The notes: generated by a model from the letters alone, not told the origin. DNA of 61,289 nt from Bdellovibrionales bacterium (GCA_007121385.1 SKLV01000004.1:1-61289); one strand, 5' to 3'; positions 37,809 through 47,801 are shown, numbered from the stretch's first letter. Numbers and translations: made by a program.

Positions 37809-38621
37809 TTAGGGTTTAGGGTAGTAAATGGCAACGAGCTGTCGACCTCGCACTGGATTTCTTGAGCAGAAATCACTGCAAAATTGAGCTTGTTCACCCG
37901 TGTTCACTTTGACCTCTATATGTCCATACCCATCCGGTCCCCCACTGTAAACGAGAATGGCGCCCGGGGGGGCCTGTTCAATGGCCTGAGCGGGCTGGCT
38001 ACGAACTTGGCTCTCGAGAATCTGATCAAACTTTCCAGTTCTCCTGAGATAGCCTTTACTGTGGGCTTCAATGGCATAGGTCCCAGGAAGTCGGGTGGAG
38101 GTAATTCCCGCAGCAAGCAGAGCATCTTTGACCCCGGCATAGCAAAGACCTTTAGAACGGTTCCGACCACAAATTCGAGATTTTCCCGTGTTCTTCTGCA
38201 CCCTCTGTGTGGGGGTGCGGCAGGCATCAGCAGCCTTCACCACCTCGGTCATCAGTTTTCGGGCCTTGGCCTGTTGGCTGGGCGTCGTGGGATAAGTGCT
38301 TGAGACCTGCACTGGAATTGGAGTCACAACTTGGCCCACGGCTGTGGATTGAGCTAATTGAGCTACCGGAAGACTGCGCTGAACCTGGGCCAAATCACTC
38401 AAGTTGCGTCGCTGCGAGGAAACTGGAGACTGGCTGGAGCCTCGGCGGCCGCAGCTGGCACTCGAACAATAGCTGGCCTCTGTGCGATAGCGGGACTCAT
38501 AGGCCTCTGAGTCCAGAGGACCTAAATGGCTCGGGCTCATTAGAAAGGGAAAGAGAGCCGGCCAGGGCATCAGCCAGTGGGGCAGAAACAAGGGAGAATA
38601 GGAAAAGGGCAAAAAGTTCAT
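37809..38621 (-). CDS. Probable secreted papain-like (CHAP/NlpC-P60 superfamily) peptidoglycan amidase
   Basis: GLCYAGVKDAL (Cys), PGAILVY, YGHIEV (His), FCSDF; hydrophobic N-terminus and Ser/Gln-rich linker. Confidence 0.7.
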   Translation of the reverse strand: MNFLPFSYSPLFLPHWLMPWPALFPFLMSPSHLGPLDSEAYESRYRTEASYCSSASCGRRGSSQSPVSSQRRNLSDLAQVQRSLPVAQLAQSTAVGQVVTPIPVQVSSTYPTTPSQQAKARKLMTEVVKAADACRTPTQRVQKNTGKSRICGRNRSKGLCYAGVKDALLAAGITSTRLPGTYAIEAHSKGYLRRTGKFDQILESQVRSQPAQAIEQAPPGAILVYSGGPDGYGHIEVKVNTGEQAQFCSDFCSRNPVRGRQLVAIYYPKP

Positions 38622-38811
38622 ACACAGTTTAAGGGAGCAAGTCTTGGACCTGTTTACTTTTTGTCCAGAGGCCTCGGCTAAAGTATTAAAATTAATAAGG
38701 TTTTATCTGCCTCCTTAAGCTCATGGCCACTGTCAAAAAGCTAGACTGAGACAAAAAATGTCCCTAAATTGACCCTTTCATTCAGTCAAAAGGAGAGAAA
38801 TCTAAGAGGAG

Positions 38812-39537
38812 ATGGAATTGGAGCAGAATCTGGAAGAGCCGAAGGAGGTGGTTGTCTTTGGGAGACCCCAGCTGGTGGAGAGCTGGAGACAGGCCCTGAA
38901 AAAAGAGTTTGAGAAGGAATATATGATCCAACTCAGGAACTTTTTAGCGCAAGAGAAGACAGCACAAAAAACAATTTTTCCCAAGGGCTCGGAGTACTTT
39001 GCTGCTCTCAACGAGACCCCTTTGGAAAAAGTCAAAGTGGTGATTTTAGGTCAAGACCCCTATCACGGGCCCGGTCAGGCCCATGGTCTCTGTTTTTCAG
39101 TTCGTCCGGGAGTGAAGCCGCCTCCTTCCTTACAGAATATTTTTCGTGAACTGCAATCCGATTTAGGCATAGAGCCACCGCTGCATGGCTGTTTGAAGTC
39201 TTGGGCGGAACAGGGAGTCTTGCTTCTCAATGCGACATTAACCGTGGAGGCTGGGCGAGCGGGCTCTCATCAAGGTAGGGGTTGGGAAACTTTCACAGAT
39301 CAAATCATCGCCCTTCTCAACGAGAGGAGAGAGGGCTTAGTCTTTATGCTCTGGGGGAGTTACGCGCAAAAAAAGGGTCAATTTATCGACCGTAAAAGAC
39401 ATTTGGTCCTTGAGGCTCCTCATCCCTCTCCTCTCTCGGCCCATCGAGGTTTTTTGGGTTGTCGCCACTTTTCCAAAGCCAACACCTATCTTCAATCCCA
39501 GGGCCAAGAGCCCATCAACTTTTCCTTGATCCCCTAA
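38812..39537 (+). CDS. ung: Uracil-DNA glycosylase
   Basis: [29 protein letters not shown]. Confidence 0.97.
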   Translation: MELEQNLEEPKEVVVFGRPQLVESWRQALKKEFEKEYMIQLRNFLAQEKTAQKTIFPKGSEYFAALNETPLEKVKVVILGQDPYHGPGQAHGLCFSVRPGVKPPPSLQNIFRELQSDLGIEPPLHGCLKSWAEQGVLLLNATLTVEAGRAGSHQGRGWETFTDQIIALLNERREGLVFMLWGSYAQKKGQFIDRKRHLVLEAPHPSPLSAHRGFLGCRHFSKANTYLQSQGQEPINFSLIP

Positions 39538-39598
39538 AAGGGACCAAGTACCTTTTTAACGGCGGCGGGGCGTCGAAATTGCTGAAGGGGAGAAGTGT

Positions 39599-41215
39599 AT
39601 GGGAAATGTATTACTAGCTGGGACAGTATTAAAGTGGTTGGCCTTGGTTTTAATTTTGACGTTGAGTGCCTGCACATCGCAAAAGAGAGAAAAAACTCTA
39701 GTCTATTGCTCCGAGGGCAGTCCGAGCACCTTTAATCCTCAGTTGGCCACTGATGGCCCCAGTTTCAATGCGAGCTCCCGAGTCATCTACAATCGTTTGG
39801 TGGACTTCTCTCCCGGGGGCACTGATCTGATCCCCTCCTTGGCAGAATCCTGGGAGATCTCCAAAGAGGGTCGACACTACACCTTTAAGTTAAGGCCCGG
39901 AGTTCAGTTTCACTCTCGAGGTGACTTTACTCCAACGCGAAATTTTAATGCGGAAGATGTTCTTTTTAGCTTCAATCGGCAAAGGGACAAAGAACACCCC
40001 TATCACAGCGTGAACAATGCGGGTTATGAGTATTTTAACTCCATGGCTATGGGTGAGCTCATTCAGAATATTGTGGCTGTGGATGAGAGGACAGTTCGCT
40101 TTGAACTCTCTCGCCCTGAGGCCCCCTTCTTGGCCAACTTGGCTATGGATTTTGCCAGTATTCTGTCCGCAGAGTATGCAGAACACTTAGCTCAGAGAGA
40201 GGCCAAGGAGAAAATAGATTGGGAGCCGATTGGCACCGGGCCCTATGTCTTTAGAAGCTATGTCAAAGACAACTTGATTCGTTACCAGGCCCATCCTGAG
40301 TACTTTGAGGGGCCAGCCAAAGTCAGTCGGTTGGTTTTCAGCATCACCCCTGAGCCCAGTGTTCGCTACCAGAAGCTCAGGGCGGGAGAGTGCCATTTGG
40401 TGGCTGAGCCCTCGCCCTCAGATTTGGTGTCCATGCGCACAGATTCGCGAGTGCAAGTGCTGTCTCAGCCAGGCTTGAATGTCGGCTATGTGGCCATGAA
40501 TGTGGAAAAGCCCCCCTTTGATCAGCTTAAGGTCCGTCAAGCCATCCACCATGCCCTCAATCGAGCCTCCTATATTGAGGCGATTTATATGGGTCAGGCC
40601 CAAGTGGCTAAAAACCCGATCCCCCCTACGCTTTGGTCCTACAATGACCAAGTGAAGGACTATGACTACAATCCAGAAAGAGCTCGTGAACTCCTCAGGG
40701 AAGCTGGATTTCCCGATGGCTTTCAAGCCGAGATGTGGACTCTCCCGGTGTCTCGACCTTACAACCCGGATGGTCGAAAAATGGGAGAGTTAATTCAAGC
40801 CGACTTAGCTCAAGTGGGCATTCGCTTGAGGTTGGTGACTTTTGATTGGCCCACCTACTTGGCAAAAGCTCGCCAGGGAGAACACCAACTCCTGCAGTTG
40901 GGTTGGACGGGAGACAATGGGGATCCTGATAATTTTCTCAATGTTTTGCTGGGTTGTCGCGGAGTGGTCGCGGGCAGCAATGTGGCTCGCTGGTGTCATC
41001 AGGAGTTTGAAGACTTGATCTCTCGAGCTCGCACCCTCAGTGATCAGGGGGAGAGAGAGAAGCTCTATCGCCAGGCCCAGAAAATTTTTAAACGAGAGGC
41101 TCCTTGGGTCACATTGGCTCACTCGGTTGTTTTTCGCGCTCTATCGCCAGAAATTGAAGGTTATCAAATATCTCCATTTGGTACAGAGTCCTTTCATCGA
41201 ATTGGGTTCAAGTAA
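39599..41215 (+). CDS. dppA: Dipeptide ABC transporter substrate-binding lipoprotein
   Basis: LSAC lipobox, LVYCSEGSP, LAESW, PIGTGPY, RPYNP, GWTGDNGDPDNF. Confidence 0.92.
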   Translation: MGNVLLAGTVLKWLALVLILTLSACTSQKREKTLVYCSEGSPSTFNPQLATDGPSFNASSRVIYNRLVDFSPGGTDLIPSLAESWEISKEGRHYTFKLRPGVQFHSRGDFTPTRNFNAEDVLFSFNRQRDKEHPYHSVNNAGYEYFNSMAMGELIQNIVAVDERTVRFELSRPEAPFLANLAMDFASILSAEYAEHLAQREAKEKIDWEPIGTGPYVFRSYVKDNLIRYQAHPEYFEGPAKVSRLVFSITPEPSVRYQKLRAGECHLVAEPSPSDLVSMRTDSRVQVLSQPGLNVGYVAMNVEKPPFDQLKVRQAIHHALNRASYIEAIYMGQAQVAKNPIPPTLWSYNDQVKDYDYNPERARELLREAGFPDGFQAEMWTLPVSRPYNPDGRKMGELIQADLAQVGIRLRLVTFDWPTYLAKARQGEHQLLQLGWTGDNGDPDNFLNVLLGCRGVVAGSNVARWCHQEFEDLISRARTLSDQGEREKLYRQAQKIFKREAPWVTLAHSVVFRALSPEIEGYQISPFGTESFHRIGFK

Positions 41216-41218
41216 CTC

Positions 41219-42232
41219 ATGTTAAGCTTGATCGGACGCCGTCTGCTCAGCTCTATACCCACTTTACTAGGCGTGTCCCTGGTGGCTTTTTTTCTCATTC
41301 GCTGGGTCCCAGGAGACCCGGTGATGTTGATGCTGGGAGAAAGGGGAGGCAGTCCTGAACTCTACCAGCAGATGCAGGCTCAACTGGGCTTGGACCGTTC
41401 TTTAGGAGAACAGTACCTTAAGTTTTTAGGTCATATACTACAGGGAGATTTTGGAACTTCCGTGGTCTCTCGGCGACCTGTCTTAGAAGAATTTTTGGCC
41501 CGGTTTCCTGCCACTGTGGAGCTCTCTCTTCTGGCTCTCTTTTGGGCTGTAGTATTAGGAGTGCCCTTGGGGGTTCTGGCTGCCATTAAGAGATCTAGCT
41601 TTTGGGATTACAGTTTGATGAGTGGAGCCCTGGTGGGCTATTCCATGCCCATATTCTGGTGGGGCATGATCCTCATTTTATTTTTTTCTGTGGGCTTGGG
41701 TTGGACCCCTGTTTCGGGGAGAATCAGTGTATGGCATGAGGTGGAAGTGGTCACCGGCTTTATGTTGATAGACACATGGTTGAGTGGGGGAGGGGTTGAG
41801 GTCTTTGCAGATGCATTAAGGCATATGATTTTGCCTGCCATCGCCTTGGGAACTTTGCCCTTGGCGGCTATTGCCCGCATGACAAGATCCAGCGTTTTGG
41901 AGGTCCTGCGTGAGGACTATATTCGGACGGCCAAAGCGAAAGGTCTCAAGCATCGGCAGGTGGTGATGAACCACGCTTTGCGCAATGCACTCATCCCTGT
42001 CGTGACGGTAATAGGTTTGATGGGAGGCACTCTTTTAACGGGAGCGATTTTAACAGAGACTATTTTTTCCTGGCCAGGAATTGGGCGCTGGCTGGTCAAT
42101 TCGGTGGCCGCCCGGGATTATCCCGTGATTCAAGGGGGAATCCTTTTAATCTCTTTCGTCATCATTACGGTGAATCTTCTGGTCGACTTAGTTTATCTTT
42201 GGGTCAACCCTCTATTGCGGGATCAAATATGA
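41219..42232 (+). CDS. dppB: Dipeptide ABC transporter permease
   Basis: PGDP, RFPATVEL, GYSMPIFWWG, EDYIRTAKAKGL, ETIFSWPGIG. Confidence 0.92.
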   Translation: MLSLIGRRLLSSIPTLLGVSLVAFFLIRWVPGDPVMLMLGERGGSPELYQQMQAQLGLDRSLGEQYLKFLGHILQGDFGTSVVSRRPVLEEFLARFPATVELSLLALFWAVVLGVPLGVLAAIKRSSFWDYSLMSGALVGYSMPIFWWGMILILFFSVGLGWTPVSGRISVWHEVEVVTGFMLIDTWLSGGGVEVFADALRHMILPAIALGTLPLAAIARMTRSSVLEVLREDYIRTAKAKGLKHRQVVMNHALRNALIPVVTVIGLMGGTLLTGAILTETIFSWPGIGRWLVNSVAARDYPVIQGGILLISFVIITVNLLVDLVYLWVNPLLRDQI

Positions 42233-43101
42233 GCTCGTGGCAGGTCATTATGTCCCCTCTTTGGGTGGCCATAAAGAAAAATCGAGGAGCTCATCTTAGC
42301 TTTTGGTTTTTGATGACTCTGGTGATTTTAGCTGTTTTCGCTCCCTGGGTGAGTCCTCACAGCCCGACTCAAGTTTATCCAGAACATTTTCGTCAGCCGC
42401 CCATTTGGCTCGCCGGTGGAGGTTGGCCTTTTATATTGGGCACCGATGACCTAGGGCGGGATCTTTTAAGTCGTCTGATTTATGGAGCTCGGGTGTCTTT
42501 GATGGTGGGCTTTATGGTGGTCAGTCTTTCTCTGTCCGTAGGGCTGATTTTAGGTGTCCTTGCTGGCTATTTTGGTGGGCGAGTGGATGCCTTAATTATG
42601 CGCTTTGTGGACGTTCTTATGTCTCTCCCCAGTATCCTTTTGGCCATCGTGATTGTCGCCGTTTTGGGCCCCAGTCTGACTAATTCTGTGATTGCGGTCA
42701 GTGTCGTTTCCTTGCCCAATTTTATTCGTATTATTCGCGGGGCTGTATTGGCCGAAAAGGTCAAATCCTATGTGGATGCCTCCCACGGTTTTGGCTCCAC
42801 TCACTTTCGTGTGGCTGTACTCAATATTTTACCCAACTGTGTCGCACCCATAATTGTCCAATCCACCCTTGGGTTCAGTGATGGAATTTTGAATGTGGCC
42901 GCTTTGGGGTTTTTGGGACTAGGAGCTCAGCCGCCGACTCCCGAGTGGGGGGCTATGCTTTCGGACTCCAAGGCCTATATTGAGTCGGCCTGGTGGTTGG
43001 TCACTTTACCAGGGCTCTGCATATTGTTCGTTGTTCTCTGTTTTAATATATTAGGTGATGGCTTGCGTGACGCCCTAGACCCCAAACTGAAGGGGCGTTA
43101 A
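42229..43101 (+). CDS. dppC: Dipeptide ABC transporter permease
   Basis: LGTDDLGRDLLSRLIYGAR, LGAQPPTPEWG, GDGLRDALDP; ATGA overlap with dppB. Confidence 0.92.
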   Translation: MSSWQVIMSPLWVAIKKNRGAHLSFWFLMTLVILAVFAPWVSPHSPTQVYPEHFRQPPIWLAGGGWPFILGTDDLGRDLLSRLIYGARVSLMVGFMVVSLSLSVGLILGVLAGYFGGRVDALIMRFVDVLMSLPSILLAIVIVAVLGPSLTNSVIAVSVVSLPNFIRIIRGAVLAEKVKSYVDASHGFGSTHFRVAVLNILPNCVAPIIVQSTLGFSDGILNVAALGFLGLGAQPPTPEWGAMLSDSKAYIESAWWLVTLPGLCILFVVLCFNILGDGLRDALDPKLKGR

Positions 43102-43119
43102 TTTCAGATTGAGGAGTTT

Positions 43120-44205
43120 ATGAAAACATCTAAATTTCCTTCTCTTCGCAGCCAGGTGTTGTTTCTTGAGGACCTACCCGGAATAAAAAAAATATCTTTG
43201 GTGTTGGGCTTTGAGCCAGAGCAGATTGTTGTTATCTATGACAAAAAACTTTATGCTCATCCCAATGTAAAAGCTTGGTTGAAGAAGTTTCCCCTCAGCT
43301 ACGGAGTGCGTGCTGGGGAGAAGCTTAAAGATATAGATTATTTTCCCCTTCATTTAAAAAAGATCATGAAAGTGATGGGGCCTTCCGCACCCCAAAATAT
43401 GTGTTTTGTGAGCCTAGGAGGAGGCAGCCTTGGTGATTTTGTTGGCTTTTTGGCCAGCATTTTTAAGAGAGGAGTTCCTCTGATTCATATCCCCACTACT
43501 TTTTTGGCTGCGATGGACTCTGCTCACGGGGGAAAAACAGCTTTAAATGTGGGTACAGTCAAGAATCAGGTAGGGTCCTTCTATCCAGCAACCGCTGTCC
43601 TTATTATTCAATCTCTTTTGCAGACTTTGTCAAAAAAACAGCTTCAATCAGCAGCTGGAGAGTTGATGAAAATGGGGCTCATTAAAGGGGGAGAGTTGGG
43701 CTCTGCTCTCCAAGGCCAGAGTAAAGAAGAGCTGAAGTGGCTGTGGGACTTTTTGCCTCAGGCTATTGAGGCCAAGTATGAGGTGGTGGAGAGAGATCCC
43801 TTCGAGACTCAAGGGGAGAGGCAGTGGCTCAACCTTGGTCACTCACTGGGACATATTTTGGAAGCTCACTACGGTCTTGCCCATGGAACTGCGGTGGCCC
43901 ACGGACTTGTTTTTTCAATTCAGTGGAGCTTTCACCGTGGTTATTTAAAGGCGCAAGACACTGAAGACATGCTGCATCTAGTGAGAGAGGGAACTGGGAT
44001 TTCAAGCCCAGAGGAGTTTTTTCGGCAGAATAAAAAAATGTCCTTGAAGCAAATGTCCAAGTATTTGAATCAGGATAAAAAGCGAATCGACAGGAGCCAT
44101 CTAAGCTTTGTGTTTCTGAGCGGCTGGGGGCGGCCCATGCGCCGAAAGGTCACCCAGGAGTCCTTTTTTACCGAGGCTCGGAGGCAGGGCTGGATCAGTT
44201 TTTGA
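43120..44205 (+). CDS. aroB: 3-dehydroquinate synthase
   Basis: GE..K, GGGSLGDFVGF, IPTT..DSAHGGKT, KNQVG, LNLGHSLGH, HGTAV. Confidence 0.88.
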   Translation: MKTSKFPSLRSQVLFLEDLPGIKKISLVLGFEPEQIVVIYDKKLYAHPNVKAWLKKFPLSYGVRAGEKLKDIDYFPLHLKKIMKVMGPSAPQNMCFVSLGGGSLGDFVGFLASIFKRGVPLIHIPTTFLAAMDSAHGGKTALNVGTVKNQVGSFYPATAVLIIQSLLQTLSKKQLQSAAGELMKMGLIKGGELGSALQGQSKEELKWLWDFLPQAIEAKYEVVERDPFETQGERQWLNLGHSLGHILEAHYGLAHGTAVAHGLVFSIQWSFHRGYLKAQDTEDMLHLVREGTGISSPEEFFRQNKKMSLKQMSKYLNQDKKRIDRSHLSFVFLSGWGRPMRRKVTQESFFTEARRQGWISF

Positions 44206-44241
44206 GCAGACCTTTTGGAGTTCAATGGCTGAATTTGGCCC

Positions 44242-44260
44242 TTGTCTCAAGATGAGACAA
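44242..44260. promoter_or_regulatory. Perfect palindrome TTGTCTCA-AGA-TGAGACAA
   Basis: 8-bp arms with a 3-bp spacer, 31 bp upstream of a sigma28-type promoter. Confidence 0.6.
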
Positions 44261-44291
44261 TAAAAATTCAATTTTTTTAGGGGTTTCCACT

Positions 44292-44318
44292 TAAGCCCAG
44301 ACTTTAGTCTGCCGATAG
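44292..44318 (+). promoter_or_regulatory. Sigma28 (FliA)-type promoter
   Basis: TAAG-N15-GCCGATAG upstream of the GAGGAG SD and ATG 44340. Confidence 0.65.
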
Positions 44319-44339
44319 ATTCTTGGTTGAGGAGAACTT

Positions 44340-45005
44340 ATGAATCTAGGCTCCGTGAGGATTTTACTAATCAGTGATCAGCTGATCAATCAGCAGTGGG
44401 TTGAGAGCTTATTGACCCGCATGGGACATGCCTTTGTCACGGCTGACAACTTGGATTTGGCTGGCTACTGGTTGGAGCATAAGGTTTTTGATTGTCTTCT
44501 TTTGGATTCAAACAGTCATTCAAATCTGGCTCTAGATGTGGCCCAGGTTTTGAGATCAGGACAGTTTTTTAGACAAAAAAATACTCCGATGATATTGCTC
44601 AGCTCCAGTTTTGACTCCAAAGCGATGAAGGAGTTCTTGTCTTTGGGAATCGATGATTTCTTAATAAAGCCTTTAAAAGTCAACTCCTTGGCGGATAAGA
44701 TAAATCAAGTTTTGGCTTTAAAGAATCTTAAAAGCCTGTCTCTCGATGAGCAAAAACACTGGATTCAAGCCCTAGTGGTCAATATTCGAGAACATTTGCA
44801 AAAGGGAGAAGAGATTTGGGTTCCGACCAAGGGAGCCAGTTTAATGCAGCTTTTAGATCAAACAGCTGCGGGTCAGCAGGGCTTGGAGCGAATTACTGAA
44901 CAGGCTAGAGACCTCATCCAGCCGGTGTCGGAGGTCTCCTTAGTGCATCTCAATAAAAGTCTTGGTAAAATTGAGGAGTTTATCCTTCACCAGTGGGCGG
45001 CTTAA
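44340..45005 (+). CDS. Response regulator receiver domain plus helical C-terminal domain
   Basis: ILLISD, FDCLLLD, PMILLSS, GIDDFLIKP. Confidence 0.8.
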   Translation: MNLGSVRILLISDQLINQQWVESLLTRMGHAFVTADNLDLAGYWLEHKVFDCLLLDSNSHSNLALDVAQVLRSGQFFRQKNTPMILLSSSFDSKAMKEFLSLGIDDFLIKPLKVNSLADKINQVLALKNLKSLSLDEQKHWIQALVVNIREHLQKGEEIWVPTKGASLMQLLDQTAAGQQGLERITEQARDLIQPVSEVSLVHLNKSLGKIEEFILHQWAA

Positions 45006-45759
45006 GAGGGGCTCTTTTTCTGGCTCGATATATAAAGCTGGCCCCACCCATAAGACGTATGAATTCCACTTGATCAAAGGCCTCAGTTTTTTCCATGAGA
45101 TGGACAAAAGCTTCAGCTGCAGGAAACTGATTGGAAGAGCGGTTGAGGTATTCGTAGGCAGAGCGATGGCCTGTGACTAAGCCCCCAAGACGAGGGACAA
45201 CATGCTGAAAATAGAAGCGGTAGAGGTTTTTAAACAGGGGCCACTGGGAATCCCCGGTTTCTAAGACCATAACATATCCGCCACTACGAGTGACTCGGGC
45301 CATCTCCTTCAGTGCACGCAAAGGGTCACCGACATTGCGGATGCCATAGGCAATACTCGTAATATCAAAGTGCTCACTTGGGTACTTCAAGTTTAAGACA
45401 TCAGCCCACTCAAACTGCACGTCTAAGCCCTTTTCTTTTGCTTTGAGGGGTGCCCACTTAAGCATATCCTCACAAAAGTCAGTTCCAATCACTTGGCCTT
45501 CTGGTCCCACATGAGCTTTGAAGTCGAGGGCTAAATCACCCGTCCCCGTGGCACAATCCAAAACCTTAGCTCCTTTTTTTGCCTGACTCCAACGCACCAG
45601 TTTTTTTCGCCAGCGTCGGGCAAGACCAAAGGTGATCACATCATTGGCCTTATCATAGTCTGAAGAAATGGAGCTAAACAGTGACCGGATAAAGTCCGGA
45701 TTGGGGCGGGTGCTGCTTTGAGGCTCTAAAGAGGGGGTGGGGCTCTGAAGGTCTGTCAT
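44980..45759 (-). CDS. menG: Demethylmenaquinone methyltransferase (MenG/UbiE)
   Basis: YDKAND, VLDCATGTGD, AYGIRNV, AYEYL. Confidence 0.92.
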   Translation of the reverse strand: MTDLQSPTPSLEPQSSTRPNPDFIRSLFSSISSDYDKANDVITFGLARRWRKKLVRWSQAKKGAKVLDCATGTGDLALDFKAHVGPEGQVIGTDFCEDMLKWAPLKAKEKGLDVQFEWADVLNLKYPSEHFDITSIAYGIRNVGDPLRALKEMARVTRSGGYVMVLETGDSQWPLFKNLYRFYFQHVVPRLGGLVTGHRSAYEYLNRSSNQFPAAEAFVHLMEKTEAFDQVEFIRLMGGASFIYRARKRAPLKPPTGEG

Positions 45760-46601
45760 TGAGGCTTCGCCAATCTCCGGCCAAACACCGGGAGGAGTTG
45801 ATCCAGTTGATCCACCAGTCGGCTGAACTGAGGTAGATCCAAGGCTTGAAAGCCATCTGAGAGAGCTTTTTCAGGCTCTGGGTGAACCTCCACCATAACC
45901 CCATCACAACCCGCTGCCGCTGCTGCACAGGCCACTGAGGCCACTAAATCTTTATTGCCCGTTCCGTGGGAAGGGTCGGCTATGATGGGAAAAGAAGTGT
46001 AGCGCTTGATGTAGGCTATGGCATTGATATCAAAAGTGTTGCGAGTGGCTGTTTCAAAGCTGCGAATTCCTCGCTCGCAGAGTATGACTTGTTCGTTCCC
46101 ACCCTGAGTGATGTATTCAGCAGCGAGAAGCCACTCTTTGATAAGAGCCGATAGGCCTCTCTTTAACAAAATAGGTTTATTCAGTGTGCCTAGCTCTTTA
46201 AGGAGAGGGTAATTGTACATATTTCGAGAGCCCACCTGGAAGACATCCACCACATCCATCATATCGCCAATTTGCCGGGGGTCAGTGATCTCAGAAACAA
46301 AAGGCAGACCCACCTGCTCTTTGACCTGACGAGCAATGGAGTAGGCCTCGGTGCCTAAACCTTGGAAGCTGTTGGGGTGGGTGCGCAGTTTAAAAAGTCC
46401 TCCTCGGAGAAAGCTGGCTCCTCTCTGGCGAACCTCTTGGGCCACATTTAAAAAATGACTTTGGGACTCTAGGGAGCAGGGGCCGGCGATCAGGGTGAAC
46501 TCGTCTCCTCCTATAGAGAGAGACCCAACATTAACGCGCATAGTCTTTGGTGGGAAATTTGATTTTTCCAACAACTTCTCCAAATGCCCTTTGACTATCA
46601 C
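45756..46601 (-). CDS. aroF: DAHP synthase, type I-beta
   Basis: [41 protein letters not shown]. Confidence 0.92.
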   Translation of the reverse strand: MIVKGHLEKLLEKSNFPPKTMRVNVGSLSIGGDEFTLIAGPCSLESQSHFLNVAQEVRQRGASFLRGGLFKLRTHPNSFQGLGTEAYSIARQVKEQVGLPFVSEITDPRQIGDMMDVVDVFQVGSRNMYNYPLLKELGTLNKPILLKRGLSALIKEWLLAAEYITQGGNEQVILCERGIRSFETATRNTFDINAIAYIKRYTSFPIIADPSHGTGNKDLVASVACAAAAAGCDGVMVEVHPEPEKALSDGFQALDLPQFSRLVDQLDQLLPVFGRRLAKPQ

Positions 46602-46676
46602 AATCTCCCGCGAATTTTGAGCGGATTGTTGAAATAACTCAGTGACCTTTTACAAGATGCGAAATAGGACAAGGTC

Positions 46677-47795
46677 ATGCTTGCTCTGGACTCTCAATTT
46701 CTGGTGGAAGGGGCCCTCTTGACCGAGCCAGGAGGGGGTCTTCGCTTGGGACTGGGGCCTTTGGGGCGTTTTGCCTCTTTGGAGGAGGCTTTGAGCAAAG
46801 GCAGTCAGGCTGTCTTTTACGCTCCCGATTTTTTTCAAAGTGATCCTCTACCCTGGCTAGCCTTTACTGAAAGTCATCATTTGACCTTGAAGGAGTTGGA
46901 AGAGCAGCTTCTCCATTGGAGTGAAAGGGATTCTCTTCCCTCTGCGCAGGAGGAGTCTTGGCAGGAGCCTGATCTGGAGGTCTTTAAGGAGGATTTCTTT
47001 CAGGCTCAGGAGCTGTTTCGCCGGGGTTTGGCCAAAAAAGTAGTTCCCCTGGTCTTTGCCCAGCGCCCAGGCTCTGTGAGCCGCGATCAGAGAAAAAGGG
47101 CTCTCCTTCAGGCTCTGAGGTCCCTAAAGTATTTGAACTCCTCCAAAGGTTGGGGTCCATCCTCTTGGCTCTATGGATATTGGTCTGAATCGGAGGGCGA
47201 AGGCCTTTTGGGTCTGAGTCCTGAACTTTTATTCTGTCTTACAAAGCCGGGCGAGTTGCGCTCTCTGGCTTTGGCTGGAACAGGATCTCTCGATGGTCCA
47301 CCGCTTCTCTCAGACCCCAAACAGTTGGCTGAGCACAATTGGGTGGTGCAGGGACTTTGTGATCGCCTCGGAGGTCTGGGAGAGGTTAAAGTAGGGCCCA
47401 CTTTTGAGTGGGCTCTCTCTCATCTCAAGCATCTGCGCACGGATATGGAGGTGGGACTTTCCAAAGCGCCGGACTTTCTGGATCTGGTCAATAGGCTACA
47501 CCCCACAGCCGCCTTGGGAAGTTATCCTCTAGAGGCTTTACCCCTTTGGATTGAGAGAGCCTCCGACTCCAATCGAAGCCGTGGTCGCTTTGGCGCACCC
47601 TTTGGCTTTTATCAGAAGCCTGAGGTGGGGCCATCTTGGGCCGTGGTGGCCATTCGCAATCTTCAATGGTCACAGGGCCAGACCCTTTTAGGTAGCGGCT
47701 GTGGCCTAGTGGCACAAAGCCAATTGCTGGATGAATGGAATGAGTTGAACTTAAAGCGTTCGGCGGTGAGAAAAATATTTTTTGGGAGGAGCTGA
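46677..47795 (+). CDS. menF: Isochorismate synthase
   Basis: KKVVP, SPELL, ALAGT, K..AEH, LHPTAALG, AIR, GCGLV; first gene of the men operon. Confidence 0.85.
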   Translation: MLALDSQFLVEGALLTEPGGGLRLGLGPLGRFASLEEALSKGSQAVFYAPDFFQSDPLPWLAFTESHHLTLKELEEQLLHWSERDSLPSAQEESWQEPDLEVFKEDFFQAQELFRRGLAKKVVPLVFAQRPGSVSRDQRKRALLQALRSLKYLNSSKGWGPSSWLYGYWSESEGEGLLGLSPELLFCLTKPGELRSLALAGTGSLDGPPLLSDPKQLAEHNWVVQGLCDRLGGLGEVKVGPTFEWALSHLKHLRTDMEVGLSKAPDFLDLVNRLHPTAALGSYPLEALPLWIERASDSNRSRGRFGAPFGFYQKPEVGPSWAVVAIRNLQWSQGQTLLGSGCGLVAQSQLLDEWNELNLKRSAVRKIFFGRS

Positions 47796-47801
47796 GCAGA
47801 G

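Noticed and set aside
39599-43101. dppABC without the ATPases dppD/dppF
   Set aside because: Split peptide-transporter loci are common, and the ATPases may lie elsewhere.
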